A program made the position numbers and the translations under genes. The notes beneath the pieces are model-generated. The model worked only from the letters and a program-made list of their open reading frames with translations. It had not been told where the DNA came from and searched no databases. A DNA stretch of 64,000 bases, taken from positions 1,419,353-1,483,352 of the forward strand of contig CAWEMM010000006.1 of assembly GCA_963810095.1 (NCBI GenBank), read 5' to 3'. The stretch comes from an uncultured Chloroflexia bacterium (GTDB taxonomy: Bacteria > Chloroflexota > Anaerolineae > CG2-30-64-16). Position 1 is the stretch's first letter. Each line of letters opens with the position of its first letter. Positions 29,457 to 38,895 of the stretch are shown piece by piece.

Positions 29457-31075
29457 TGGGCCTGCGTGCCGCCTTGCTGCTTCGGCGTGTCGGGGCGCAC
29501 CACCTCGCCGCGCGCGACCGGCGCCAGCATCTGATCGACCGGCGCGTACTGGTCGGTGAGCACCGTCGCCCGCCCACTCGCGAGGATGGACCGCACGGTC
29601 GAAGCCGGCAGCGCCAGGTCGGCCAGCAGCGTCTCGCCGTCGCCCGCGTCGATGTTCTTGAAGCGCTCCATGTTGATCGGGGCCCGGGAGGCCAGGATGA
29701 CGAAGGTCACCCGGGGCGAGTCCTGCCAACCCCTGATCGCCGGCACAACCTCGACATGGTCGAACGTCTGCTGCAGCGTGTTGACGTACGCGGCCAGGAA
29801 GTCGCGGCGCGGGCCGTCGATCAGGTTAACCATGTAAATGCCGTCGTCGGCCAACCACGCGCTGACCCGCTCGTTGAACTCGCGGGTCGTCAGGTGGTAT
29901 GGTACCGAGTAGTCGTTGAACGCGTCGCCCATGATGAGGGAGTATTGGCGGTCGGGGCGGCGCTCCAGGAACAAGCGGGCGTCCTCGTTGAACGACCGCA
30001 CGCGGGTGTCGCGTTTGAGCCCCAGCAGATCGTACGCCACTTGGGTTACGCCCGGGTCGATCTCGATGACGTCCAGGTCGCTGTTCGGGTAGAGCGCCTC
30101 CATGTAGCGGGGGAACGTGTAGCCGCCGCCGCCGATGAACAGGGCAGACAGCTTTTCGTGACTCAGCGACTGGTAGCGGGCTACTTCCGCGTAGACTTTC
30201 TCATAGCCATACACCAGCCGCCGGGGGTTATCCAGGTCGCTGTACGAATGAACCAGGCGGTCGAGGATCAGCACCCGCACGTTCTCGCCGCGATTCGTGT
30301 CCTGCCGCACCTTGATGCAGAAGTAGTTGGTTTCGAGCGAGCACTGCGACCTCGTCCAGCCTTGCTGCACCGCCGCATACGTCGCGCCGGCCAGGACGAC
30401 CAGCACCAGCAGCCCCGCGACGACCACCCTGCGGCCGCCGGAGCCGGCGAGCAGGAATCCCAGGGCCATCAGGAACAAGACGACGGCGACGCCCCAGATG
30501 ATGGCGTGGGTGCCGAACCAGGAAATGAGCAGGAAGCCGGTGGCGAAGGTGCCGACAATGCTCCCGACGGTGCCTGCGGCCGAAATCCGGCCGACCGTGC
30601 TGCCCGTTCGCGCGAGATCGTGGAGTGCAAGCTTCGTCACCACCGGCGAGACCGTGCCCAGGACCATGGCCGGGATGAAGAAGACGGTGGAGACGAGCAC
30701 GAGGATGCGCAAGACGATGGGCCAGGCATCGGGCAGGGATTGGCCCACGAGGTCTACGAACAGGACCGCCACGCTCGTCAGGCCGCCCAGGAAGAAGAGC
30801 AGGCTCAGAAGACGGTAGGAGGCCCAGCGGTCGGCCAGCCGGCCACCCAGGTAGTTGCCGAGACTCATGCCGGCCAGGATGACGCCGATGATGGTCGTCC
30901 AGGTGTAGAGCGAGACGCCCACGTAGGGCGCCACGATCCGGCCGGCGACCAACTCGAGCACCATCATGCACGCGCTGGAGACGAAGACGATCAGCATTGC
31001 CGCCCACAGGCGCGGCGCCGGTCGTGCGATTTCGCTTTCCATCGGTCCTCGTGGTTCGTCAGTTAATGTCGCCAT
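29453..31075 (-). CDS. fused multi-TM (MFS-like) / spermidine synthase-like aminopropyltransferase
   Basis: The N-terminal 220 aa or so are hydrophobic. The C-terminal part reads LFIGGGGYTFPRYMEALYPNSDLDVIEIDPGV ... MGDAFND. Confidence 0.85.
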   Translation of the reverse strand: MATLTDEPRGPMESEIARPAPRLWAAMLIVFVSSACMMVLELVAGRIVAPYVGVSLYTWTTIIGVILAGMSLGNYLGGRLADRWASYRLLSLLFFLGGLTSVAVLFVDLVGQSLPDAWPIVLRILVLVSTVFFIPAMVLGTVSPVVTKLALHDLARTGSTVGRISAAGTVGSIVGTFATGFLLISWFGTHAIIWGVAVVLFLMALGFLLAGSGGRRVVVAGLLVLVVLAGATYAAVQQGWTRSQCSLETNYFCIKVRQDTNRGENVRVLILDRLVHSYSDLDNPRRLVYGYEKVYAEVARYQSLSHEKLSALFIGGGGYTFPRYMEALYPNSDLDVIEIDPGVTQVAYDLLGLKRDTRVRSFNEDARLFLERRPDRQYSLIMGDAFNDYSVPYHLTTREFNERVSAWLADDGIYMVNLIDGPRRDFLAAYVNTLQQTFDHVEVVPAIRGWQDSPRVTFVILASRAPINMERFKNIDAGDGETLLADLALPASTVRSILASGRATVLTDQYAPVDQMLAPVARGEVVRPDTPKQQGGTQAQ

Positions 31076-31253
31076 GGTCGCTCATGCCACGGCCCGACGG
31101 CCGGCAAGGACCTTCCACGTCGCCGCAGTCGAAGTAGTGGACGTCGTGGCCGGGGTTGCTCGCACGGGTTTCCGCAACGAGCGCGGCGATCCGGGCCAGG
31201 CCATCGGTCGGGCCATGGGTGTCGTTGGTGTGCAATATGATTACGTGTTGCAT
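31059..31253 (-). pseudogene. N-terminal remnant of a UshA-type 5'-nucleotidase / metallophosphatase
   Basis: This 64-aa ORF reads MQHVIILHTNDTHG...HYFDCGDVEG and then loses similarity. It is wedged between the mutM stop (31254) and the start of the next gene (31075). Confidence 0.45.
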
Positions 31254-32105
31254 CTAGGGCTCGCTTTGTTTCGCAGGCTGACACACGGGGCAGAAGTGGG
31301 TGCTGCGCTGCGTGACCCGAATCCGCTCGATCGGGCCGCCGCACGCGGGGCAGGCTTTCCCGTACTTCCCATAGACCCGCAGGTGGTTCTGAAAGTAGCC
31401 ATCTTCGCCGTACGGCGTGCGGTAGTCGCGCAGAAGCGTGCCGCGCTTGTCGATGGCCTCGTTAAGGACCTCGCGCAGGGAGGCGTAGAGCCGGCCCAGC
31501 TCTTCATCGGTCAGGGTGGAAGACTTGCGCAGCGGGTGAATTCCTGCCCGGTGGAGGGCTTCGTCGGCGTAGATGTTGCCCACCCCGGCGACCGCGGTCT
31601 GGTCGAGCAGTAACGCCTTGATGGCGACCTTTCGCTTGCAGATGCGCGCCGCGAAGTCCTCGGGGCTGAGGTCCCAGGCGAGCGGCTCGGGCCCAAGCTT
31701 GCCGGTCACTTCGTCTACGCTGTTAACCAGCCAGATGCGGCCGAACTTGCGCGAGTCGGTGAACGTCAGCGCGTCCCCGCTCGCACTGCCCAGCGGGGCG
31801 AGCGCGAACCAGGCCCGCAAGTGCTTGTCGTCGAGCAAGGGGCTGTCGGCGGGGACCACGGCCAGCCGGCCCGTCATCCGGAGATGGACGATGAGGGTTT
31901 GCCCGTCGTCGAGGTGCACCAGGATGTACTTGCCGCGGCGGCCCACGTCGACCACCTGGCGGCCGGCCAGCCGCGCTTCGAGCTCGCTCTCCGCGGGCGC
32001 GGCCAGGGTGCGGGCCCAGAGAATATGGGCCTCGCCAAAGCGGCGGCCCGTGATCTGCCCGCGCAGGTCGCCGGCGACGGTTTCGACTTCAGGGAGTTCA
32101 GGCAT
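31254..32105 (-). CDS. mutM: formamidopyrimidine-DNA glycosylase
   Basis: It has the N-terminal MPELPEVETV and a C-terminal zinc finger CPACGGPIERIRVTQRSTHFCPVCQ. Confidence 0.92.
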   Translation of the reverse strand: MPELPEVETVAGDLRGQITGRRFGEAHILWARTLAAPAESELEARLAGRQVVDVGRRGKYILVHLDDGQTLIVHLRMTGRLAVVPADSPLLDDKHLRAWFALAPLGSASGDALTFTDSRKFGRIWLVNSVDEVTGKLGPEPLAWDLSPEDFAARICKRKVAIKALLLDQTAVAGVGNIYADEALHRAGIHPLRKSSTLTDEELGRLYASLREVLNEAIDKRGTLLRDYRTPYGEDGYFQNHLRVYGKYGKACPACGGPIERIRVTQRSTHFCPVCQPAKQSEP

Positions 32106-32133
32106 CTGCAGGCTTTTTCTTCATGGTTCCTGT

Positions 32134-32163
32134 TGCACAAAAAGGCGGGCATAGCCCGCCTTT
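32134..32163 (-). terminator. rho-independent terminator after the anti-sigma gene
   Basis: On the minus strand it reads AAAGGCGGGC-tat-GCCCGCCTTT followed by TTGTG. Confidence 0.7.
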
Positions 32164-32188
32164 GCATCGTAAGAGAGGACCGGGTCCT

Positions 32189-34164
32189 TCAGTTCGATCG
32201 GGCGTCCCACATGGCTTCTCGGGTCAGGGGCAGGAGCCCCACGGCCTTGCCGTCGACATCGGTCAGAGTCAGCAGCCAGCCGGTTCCGGTATCGTGTGCG
32301 GCGAGGATCTGGCTCTCGGACACCCACCGCGGGCCAACGATGCTCGTTGCGTTTGCAAGCCGCGCCGGCTCGCGGCCAGGCGCACCGGCGAATATCTGGA
32401 AATTATCCTGGTAAATGAACTCGTTTCCCTGAGGCGACCAGCTGATGAATTCGCCCTGGTTTGTCGACGCGTAGAGCTCAGATTGGGTGCCATCAGCCTT
32501 CGCCAGGTACAACTCCTTTGTCGCCAGCGTATCGTCAGTCCACCGAGTGTATGCCATCGCGTTGCCAACCGGCGACCAATAGACCTCCGACGCATCGACC
32601 TGGCCGGCTTCCTTGGCGTCGCCGTTGGCCGTCACCCGGTACAGCTTCGTCCCGTTTGGCGGCACAGGCGTCCCGTAGTCTGCTGTCGGGATAGCGACCC
32701 AAGCTTGCTTGCCGTCGGGCGCCCAGACAACCTGGTTGTCGTAGCCGTTCTTCCCCGGGCTGGCCGGGAAGGTCAGCACCGTCTTGCTCTTCCCGTCTTT
32801 TGCGTCCACAAGGTTCAGGGTGCCTTCGGGGTTTTCCACGGTGCCGTACTGCAGGACCAGGTACTGCTTACCGTCCGGCGAAAAATAGGGCCGCCACGCC
32901 GCGCCCAACTCGCCGACACGCCGCAGCTTGCCCGTCTCAACATCGACTTGCCAAACCTCGGTCTTGACCTGCAGCGAGGTCTGGGGGTCGGGGACCACCG
33001 CCATCGTGACGGTGAGCGTGTTCGGTTCCGCGCCCCAGCGCGTGTCGCTGATTGCCCGCCGCACGTAGCCCGTGGGTAGTCCCTCGGTTGGCAGCTTGTT
33101 GTCGTCGAGCAGCAGCTTGGGCTGGCCGCCTTCCCAGCGGACCGCCCATACTTGCAGGCCCTGCTCGGCGTAGATCCGATAGACGACCCAACGCTGGTTC
33201 GGCGAGAGCTGGGGCGTGTTGATGCCGCGGCCCTGCACGAGCTGGCGCAGCCCGCCGTCCCGGTCGATGGCCCACAAGGCGTTCAGGTCCGAATACGCCA
33301 TGCGCACGCCCGGGGGCAGCGCTTCGGCCAGCGGCCGGCCGGGCGGGGTTGCCTCGGGCGTCAGGAACTCGGGCGGAATGCCGACCGGCGACGACGGCCC
33401 GCCGCCGCCGCGACCCATCGCGGCCGCACCCATTTCCGGAGCAGCTGCGGCAGCGGCCGCACCTGCCGCCCCGATGCCGGGCGTCTCGGTCGCAGGCGCG
33501 GCCTTGGCCATCAGCGGCGCTTCGACGGTGGGTGAAGGCTCAGGTTGGGCCGGAGTCGCAGCGGGCGCGGGCGCCGGTGCAACGTCCGCCGCTGCATCGG
33601 TGGGCGGGGCAGACATCAGGGCGGGCTGGGGCGCCTCGGTTGCAGCCGGCGGCGCGTTTTCCGCGCTCGACTGGGCTGCGGACGCGGCGGCTGCGGCGGG
33701 AGGCGCTTCAGTGGGGGCGGCGGCAGAAACCGGCTGCGTCTCCGCGAGTTGTGCGACGGGCGCTGGGCTTGGGACCGCGCGGGCGACAGTCTGCGGCGGG
33801 TTCCACGGCGCCTTGTCCGGCTCGCAGCAGGCTGAAGGCGACGAACGCAACCACCAGGACGGCCGCGACCGCGCCGAGGCCGCGCGCGAGCCCGCCCATC
33901 CAGCCGGGCGAGGCGGCGGGCCGGCGAATGCCGACCTGTGCCTCTGAGAGTGTGAATGCGCGAGGCACCGCGACGCGAGGCAGGGTTTGCAGCAGGTACA
34001 CGGTGCGGCGCAGGCTGTCCAGCTCTGCCGCGGCACTCCATGCACTGCTGCAGGTGCGCGTCGATGTACGCTCGCTCGGCCGGCGCAGCCTGTTGATCCA
34101 GGTACGCGGAAAGCTGCTCGACCTGGACGTGGCCCCGGACCGGGCCTCCGAAAAGTGATTTCAT
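32189..34164 (-). pseudogene. anti-sigma factor (zinc-finger N-terminus, one TM, Ala/Pro-rich linker, TolB-like beta-propeller); two +1 frame disruptions
   Basis: The first part reads MKSLFGG...HLQQCMEC (frame of ORF 33616..34248). The second reads AELDSLRRTVYLLQTLPRV plus a TM (ORF 33708..34001). The third holds the linker and propeller repeats (ORF 32189..34045). The shifts are near 34025 and 33805. Confidence 0.75.
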
Positions 34165-34320
34165 GGAAAACTCACGACCAAAAAGAATACAAACTGTAGC
34201 ATGCGCCAGGTTGGCGACGAGTGGGGAGCGGGTAGAGCAGTTGCCCACCGCCTTGGGCCGCTCCGCCTGGCCTCCGGCCTCGCCGGCGCCTCACCAGCCG
34301 TGCTGGTGCCCGCTCTTATG

Positions 34321-35089
34321 CTAACTGTCAGTGAGACGGTAGCTTGCGGGCAAAAGTTCCTGGTGCTCCAGGAGCAGGTCGCGCACCTTGGCGCGCGCGC
34401 GAGAGCCGCGATTTGACGGTGCCCAGCGCCGCACCGGTCGCATCGGCGATCTCCTGGTAGTCCAGGCCCTCGACATCAGACAGCACGAGTGCGGTGCGCT
34501 GGTCGGGGGGCAGCTGGCTGATCGCCGCCTGGATGGCGACGGCCAGCTCCTGGCGCATCGCATGATCCTCGGGGCGCTCGCCGCCGTCGATCAGCCGGGA
34601 GTCGTACTCGGGATCGTCCTCGTCCTCTTCGCTTTCGAGCGGAGTGGTGGGCCGGCGCTTGCGTGCGCGCAGCGCGTCGTAGCAGGTGTTGGTAACGATC
34701 CGTAGCACCCACGACTTGAACGAGCCCCCGCGGTACTGGCCGAGCCGTTGATAGGCTTTAATGAAGGCGTCCTGCGTGGCGTCTGCCGCAAGGTCGGCAT
34801 CGTTTGTGAGCCGGTACGCGATGTTGTAGGCCAGGCTCTGATAATGGAGGATCAGTTGGTTAAATGCCGGAAGGTCGCCGCGCTGGGCCGCGGCCAGCAG
34901 TGCGGCTTCGTCGTATTCCTGCCGTCCGGGTCCGCGGCCGCGCGGACCGCCCGGCCACGCGTCGTGGTAGCCCTCGTCGCGCACCGATGTGGTCAGCACG
35001 ACGAAAGATGCCCTGGCGGGCCAGGCTAACGCCTGCCACAGCCAGGCTGGCGCTCCTATGATATTCCGGGCCAGATCCGTTCGCGCCAC
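34321..35089 (-). pseudogene. ECF-type RNA polymerase sigma-70 family factor; one +1 disruption near 34395 in a (GC)n run
   Basis: Region 2 reads AFNQLILHYQSLAYNIAYRL...DATQDAFIKAY. Region 4 reads ALVLSDVEGLDYQEIADATGAALGTVKSRLSRAR. The tail AKVRDLLLEHQEL lies in ORF 34321..34563. The N-terminal extent is uncertain. Confidence 0.85.
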
Positions 35090-35230
35090 GCTCGGGAATC
35101 CGGCCTAAAAAGCTCAGACATTCACCCCACCAGTTACCACAACATGCTGCAATGGGTGCTGCAGACTGCCGGCACTCGCCCGCAATTCACATCACCGGGA
35201 AAGCCGTGATCAGTTACAAGACGAACAAAC

Positions 35231-35259
35231 TTGACCTAAGCACTGCGTTAGATTATACT
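35231..35259 (+). promoter_or_regulatory. sigma70-like promoter TTGACC-17-TATACT upstream of the tRNA
   Basis: The -35 box is at 35231-35236 and the -10 box at 35254-35259. The tRNA starts 40 nt downstream. Confidence 0.6.
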
Positions 35260-35298
35260 CTGGACTTGCATTGCCGGATGCAACGGCTAGCTATGCTT

Positions 35299-35381
35299 GC
35301 CGAAGTGGCGGAACGGTAGACGCGACGGTCTCAAACACCGTTGGGGGTTGCCCCATGTGGGTTCGATTCCCACCTTCGGCA
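35299..35381 (+). tRNA. tRNA-Leu (anticodon CAA), class II with a long variable arm
   Basis: The acceptor pairs GCCGAAG with CTTCGGC plus discriminator A. The anticodon stem pairs ACGGT with ACCGT and the loop is CTCAAAC. The T-arm is GTGGGTTCGATTCCCAC. No CCA is encoded. Confidence 0.9.
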
Positions 35382-35677
35382 CTTCTGATCCCGTCCGGGT
35401 GCTTTTACACCCGCGACGCCCTCGCTTTCTTCTTTTGTCCTGTTTGTTGCGAGGGACCTTGCCCTTCGTGTGAGCCGCAGTTGCCAGCGCAATTGCTCAT
35501 TGCACGTGCGGCGCCATTATAGCAGTCTTGCGGGTTCGGAAGCAAAGGCTGCGTCCCAAAATCTCAAACGGGGATCTGTCCCAGATGCATGACGCTTCGG
35601 GCAGAGCGTCTGAACCGTCCTGCATAGACCACAGGACGCAAAGGGCGCAAAGCCCTGATTCCCTGCGCGAAAGCCAC

Positions 35678-37009
35678 ATGACAACACACCACCGTCACAT
35701 CCGCGGCCCCCAAGGCCAGCGGCCGGTTCCATTCCGCTTGGTTACGTTCCTCGTGCTGATTGTGCTTGCTCTGCTGGCCGCTGCTTGCGGCGGGCGTGGC
35801 GCCTCCGGCACTTCGGAGAGCCGCGACGTGTCACTGCGCCAGATCGCGGCCCAGTACGCGCAGACGGGCGATCTTCAGCAGGCGCAAACGGCGCTCGACA
35901 AGCTCAATCTGGCCAATCCGGGCCAACTGCTGTTGGCCCTCGGCGAGTCGGACATGAGTGCTGGCGCCCCACGGGATGACGTGCAGGCCGTCGCGAACCT
36001 GGCCGGCGCCCTCGGCGCACGCAGCCAGAAGCTGGTGGCCTACTTGGCGCCGCCGGCGAGCGCCGCGCCGACGAAAGATGCAGGCGCGCCACTGGCAGTG
36101 GAAACCGTCTTGGCGGTCACCCTCGAGGCGCCGACCGTCGCTCCGTCGCCCACTGCTCCACCGCCGACGGCCGCCCCTACGGCGACCGCCGAACCTGCGA
36201 CCGCGACCTCGGCCCCGCCGACGAATAGTCCGACGCCCGAGCCACAGAACCCGCGGGTGGTGGCGAGCAGCGACGTGAACCTGCGCGGCGGCCCCGGCAA
36301 GGCGTATCCCGTCGTGGCACGGCTGCGCAACGGCCAGGAAGTCGCCATCGTCGGCCGCAATGCCTCAGGCGACTGGTGGCAGCTCGAGATGCCCGGCGTC
36401 AAGCAGGCTTGGGTAGCGGGCACCGTGGTCAAGGTGCTTGGGGCCATCGACACGGTCAAAGTGGCCCAGAACATCCCGCCCGTGCCCACCGCTGCACCCC
36501 GACCCACGGCTGCGCCGCAGCCACCGGCCGCCGCAGCACCTGCGCCTGCGCCTGCCCCTTCCGGACCGCATTTCACGCTCGTTGGGCGCCGCCTGTGGAC
36601 GGTCGAGGAAACCGGCGGCGTGGTGGCCGGGGGCCTGTCGGTTAACTGCGGCGGCCAGCACACGCTGCACGTCTATGTCAAAGACGCCGCCGGCAACCTG
36701 CTGAACGGCGTGACCATTAAGGAGACGGGCGGGGTGCAACAGGAGTTAGTGTCGGGCAGCAAGGGGCCTGGCATGGCCGAGTACGATCTGTACCCTCCGG
36801 GCAAGGACGTGGCCATCGCACGGGACGCGGATGGTCGCCAGGCAACGAGCGATACGGGCGCTGCGCCGAGTGTTGTCACTGCCATCCCATTTGATATTCT
36901 ACGCAGTGGGCACTATTGTACGTCTGATGACGACTGCGCTCATCTGGTACGGGAGAACGGCTGCACCGGTCATTACTCGTGGGACCTGGTTTTCCAGCGC
37001 AACTATTAG
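35678..37009 (+). CDS. lipoprotein with an SH3b domain and an uncharacterised Cys-containing C-terminal domain
   Basis: The lipobox is LALLAAAC. The SH3b region reads VNLRGGPGKAYPVVARLRNGQEVAIVGRNASGDWWQLE. The C-terminal domain, ...GSKGPGMAEYDLY...GHYSWDLVFQRNY, is shared with the next gene. Confidence 0.8.
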   Translation: MTTHHRHIRGPQGQRPVPFRLVTFLVLIVLALLAAACGGRGASGTSESRDVSLRQIAAQYAQTGDLQQAQTALDKLNLANPGQLLLALGESDMSAGAPRDDVQAVANLAGALGARSQKLVAYLAPPASAAPTKDAGAPLAVETVLAVTLEAPTVAPSPTAPPPTAAPTATAEPATATSAPPTNSPTPEPQNPRVVASSDVNLRGGPGKAYPVVARLRNGQEVAIVGRNASGDWWQLEMPGVKQAWVAGTVVKVLGAIDTVKVAQNIPPVPTAAPRPTAAPQPPAAAAPAPAPAPSGPHFTLVGRRLWTVEETGGVVAGGLSVNCGGQHTLHVYVKDAAGNLLNGVTIKETGGVQQELVSGSKGPGMAEYDLYPPGKDVAIARDADGRQATSDTGAAPSVVTAIPFDILRSGHYCTSDDDCAHLVRENGCTGHYSWDLVFQRNY

Positions 37010-37068
37010 CGCACCTACTGATGCCGAGCTGCGCTGACGTGTGTCTCGGCAGACAGGGAGATTAGCCT

Positions 37069-38812
37069 GTGAAAGAATCCATGATGGAAAACACCCCGCT
37101 CTTCTCGGTGCTCACCGAGGAGCAGCGGTCAGTCATCGCAGACCGCATGACGGAGGAAAAGCGCCGGGCGGGCGAGATCATCTACCAGCAAGGCCGGCCC
37201 GCGGGGGCGCTGTTCCTGATTCGCTCGGGCTGGGCGCGGCTCCTGAGCGACCAGATGGGCGTGCTCAGCAACGTGGGCGCCGGTTCGCTGCTGGGCGAGA
37301 CCGACCTGATCCTGGGCCGGGCCTACAGCGTATCGGCCGAGGCCGCCTCTGACGTGTCGCTCTGGGCGCTGCGCGAGGCTGATCTCAAGGTGATTTTCCA
37401 GGAGCAGCCGGCCATCGCGCGTGCGCTGAAGGTGGCGATGGGCGTCAGCGAGGACCAGACGCTGGAGCGGCACCTGCGGAAGCTCGAGATCATGCAGGGG
37501 CTGAGCGCGGCCGACCTGCACGATATCGCGGCGCATCTGCGACCCGAGCGCTTTGTCGCGGGCCAGACGATCTACCGCCAGGGCACGGATGGCGAGTCGA
37601 TGTACCTGATCGACGAGGGCCAGGTGCAGCTGACGGGCACGTCGGGCCTCGTCGCCAGCGTGGGGCCGGGCGACGAGTTCGGCGACGGCGCGTTTCTGAC
37701 GGGCGAGCCCCGCAGCGTGACCGCAATCGCACTGACCGATGTCATCGCCTGGTCGTTCGGCCGGGCCGACTTCGAGCAACTGGCGCTGCGCTACCCGATC
37801 ATGGCGCTCAATCTCAGCCGGGGCGTCTCACGGCGCCTGCGCGAACGCAACCTGCGGGGCGCGGCAGTGGTTTCCGCGGCAGTGCCGCCACCGCCTTCGC
37901 CTGCAGTCACGACCGCGGAGACGGCCGGGGCCCTCACCGCGCTCTATAAGGCATCGACGACCCCCAAAGCCTCCTGGTGGAGCCAGAGCAGCTACGGGCG
38001 CGAAGATCCGCCTGGTGGCCGTGGTGGTCCTCCTGCTCTGGGTGCTGGGCGCCGCTGCGGTTGCGGTCATCAACTCGCTTGTGTCGCAGAACACGGGCGT
38101 CAGCCGGACGGCCCCCATGGCCGCCGGCTTCCAGGAGCGGGCGGTCCTCGTCGCCCTCGCCGCCGACCTGCCGGTCGACATGACGGCCACCTATACACCG
38201 TGGCCCACCGAGACGCCGCTGCCCACGCCGACCTTCACGCCGACGGCAACGCCGACCAACACGCCCATCCCGACGGCCACGTTTACCCCAATGCCGACCG
38301 ACACCCCGGTGCCGCCGACCAAGACGCCTGTGCCGACGCGCGTGCCGGTCAAGGCGGTTGCCCGTGCCGCGGCTGCGCCGGTGGCCGCCGCTGCGCCGGC
38401 CGTCCAAGCGGCAAAGGCCGTTGCCGCACCGAGCGTGCAGTTCAGCCTGGCCGAGATGCGCCACCTCACGCCTTGTGAGAACCACGGCATGCACAATATC
38501 TTCGTCAAGATTGTGGATGCCGGCGGCAACCCCGTCGACGGCGTAACCCTGGCGCAGACCCCCAAGGGGGAATACGGGAATGCCGTGGATCGGCAGGTGA
38601 CCGGTTCCAAGGGCCCGGGCATGGCCGAGTTCGTGATGTGGAAGGGTGCGGAGTATTCCGTGTACATCACCGGGGATGGCGCAAATCCGGGCAACACCGA
38701 TATCGCATCGGGCCTGCATCCCAACTTCCCGGACGAGCCATCGGCCGAGTGTCCCATGGGCAACACGCTATTCCACAATTCCTGGAGCGTGGTGTTCCGC
38801 AAGAACTTCTAG
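37069..38812 (+). pseudogene. dual cyclic-nucleotide-binding-domain protein with a TM, Pro-Thr linker and shared C-terminal domain; one +1 disruption near 37985
   Basis: There are two cNMP-binding domains (AGEIIYQQGRPAGALFLIRSG; AGQTIYRQGTDGESMYLIDEG...GDGAFLTGEPRSVT) in ORF 37069..38478. The TM, PT-rich linker and domain ...GSKGPGMAEFVMW...HNSWSVVFRKNF lie in ORF 37739..38812. Confidence 0.8.
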
Positions 38813-38838
38813 GCCGCAAGTTGCCGTCGGGCAACGCC

Positions 38839-38892
38839 AACCTCCGAGGTCGCCTCAGCGTCGCTGAGGGTCAGGACCCCGGAGGTTTTTTG
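38839..38892 (+). terminator. rho-independent terminator (nested hairpins plus a T-run)
   Basis: AACCTCCG (38839-46) pairs with CGGAGGTT (38880-87). An inner CCTCAGC/GCTGAGG hairpin is present, and TTTTGTTG follows. Confidence 0.75.
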
Positions 38893-38895
38893 TTG

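Noticed and set aside
31059-31061. The TGA ending the 5'-nucleotidase remnant was considered as a third Sec codon, since UshA-like selenoproteins exist.
   Set aside because: Read-through only yields the Arg/Gly-rich off-frame of the spermidine-synthase-like gene. There is no nucleotidase similarity and no hairpin at the right distance.
33216-33947. An Ala/Gly/Pro-rich ORF on the plus strand, and the low-complexity stretch it overlaps, were considered as a separate gene.
   Set aside because: It is the antisense of the Ala/Pro-rich linker of the anti-sigma factor, and the composition alone keeps both strands open.
35299-35381. This long-variable-arm tRNA was considered as a possible tRNA-Sec, given the nearby selenoprotein genes.
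   Set aside because: The anticodon loop CTCAAAC gives anticodon CAA (Leu), not TCA. The acceptor and D-arm geometry is that of an ordinary class II tRNA-Leu.
35600-35677. A GGACGCAAAGGGCGCAAAGCCC segment resembles part of the c-di-GMP-I (GEMM) riboswitch core.
   Set aside because: I could not find the partner GGCAAACC/tetraloop-receptor half or the overall two-hairpin architecture. The similarity is limited to a short GCAAAG string.
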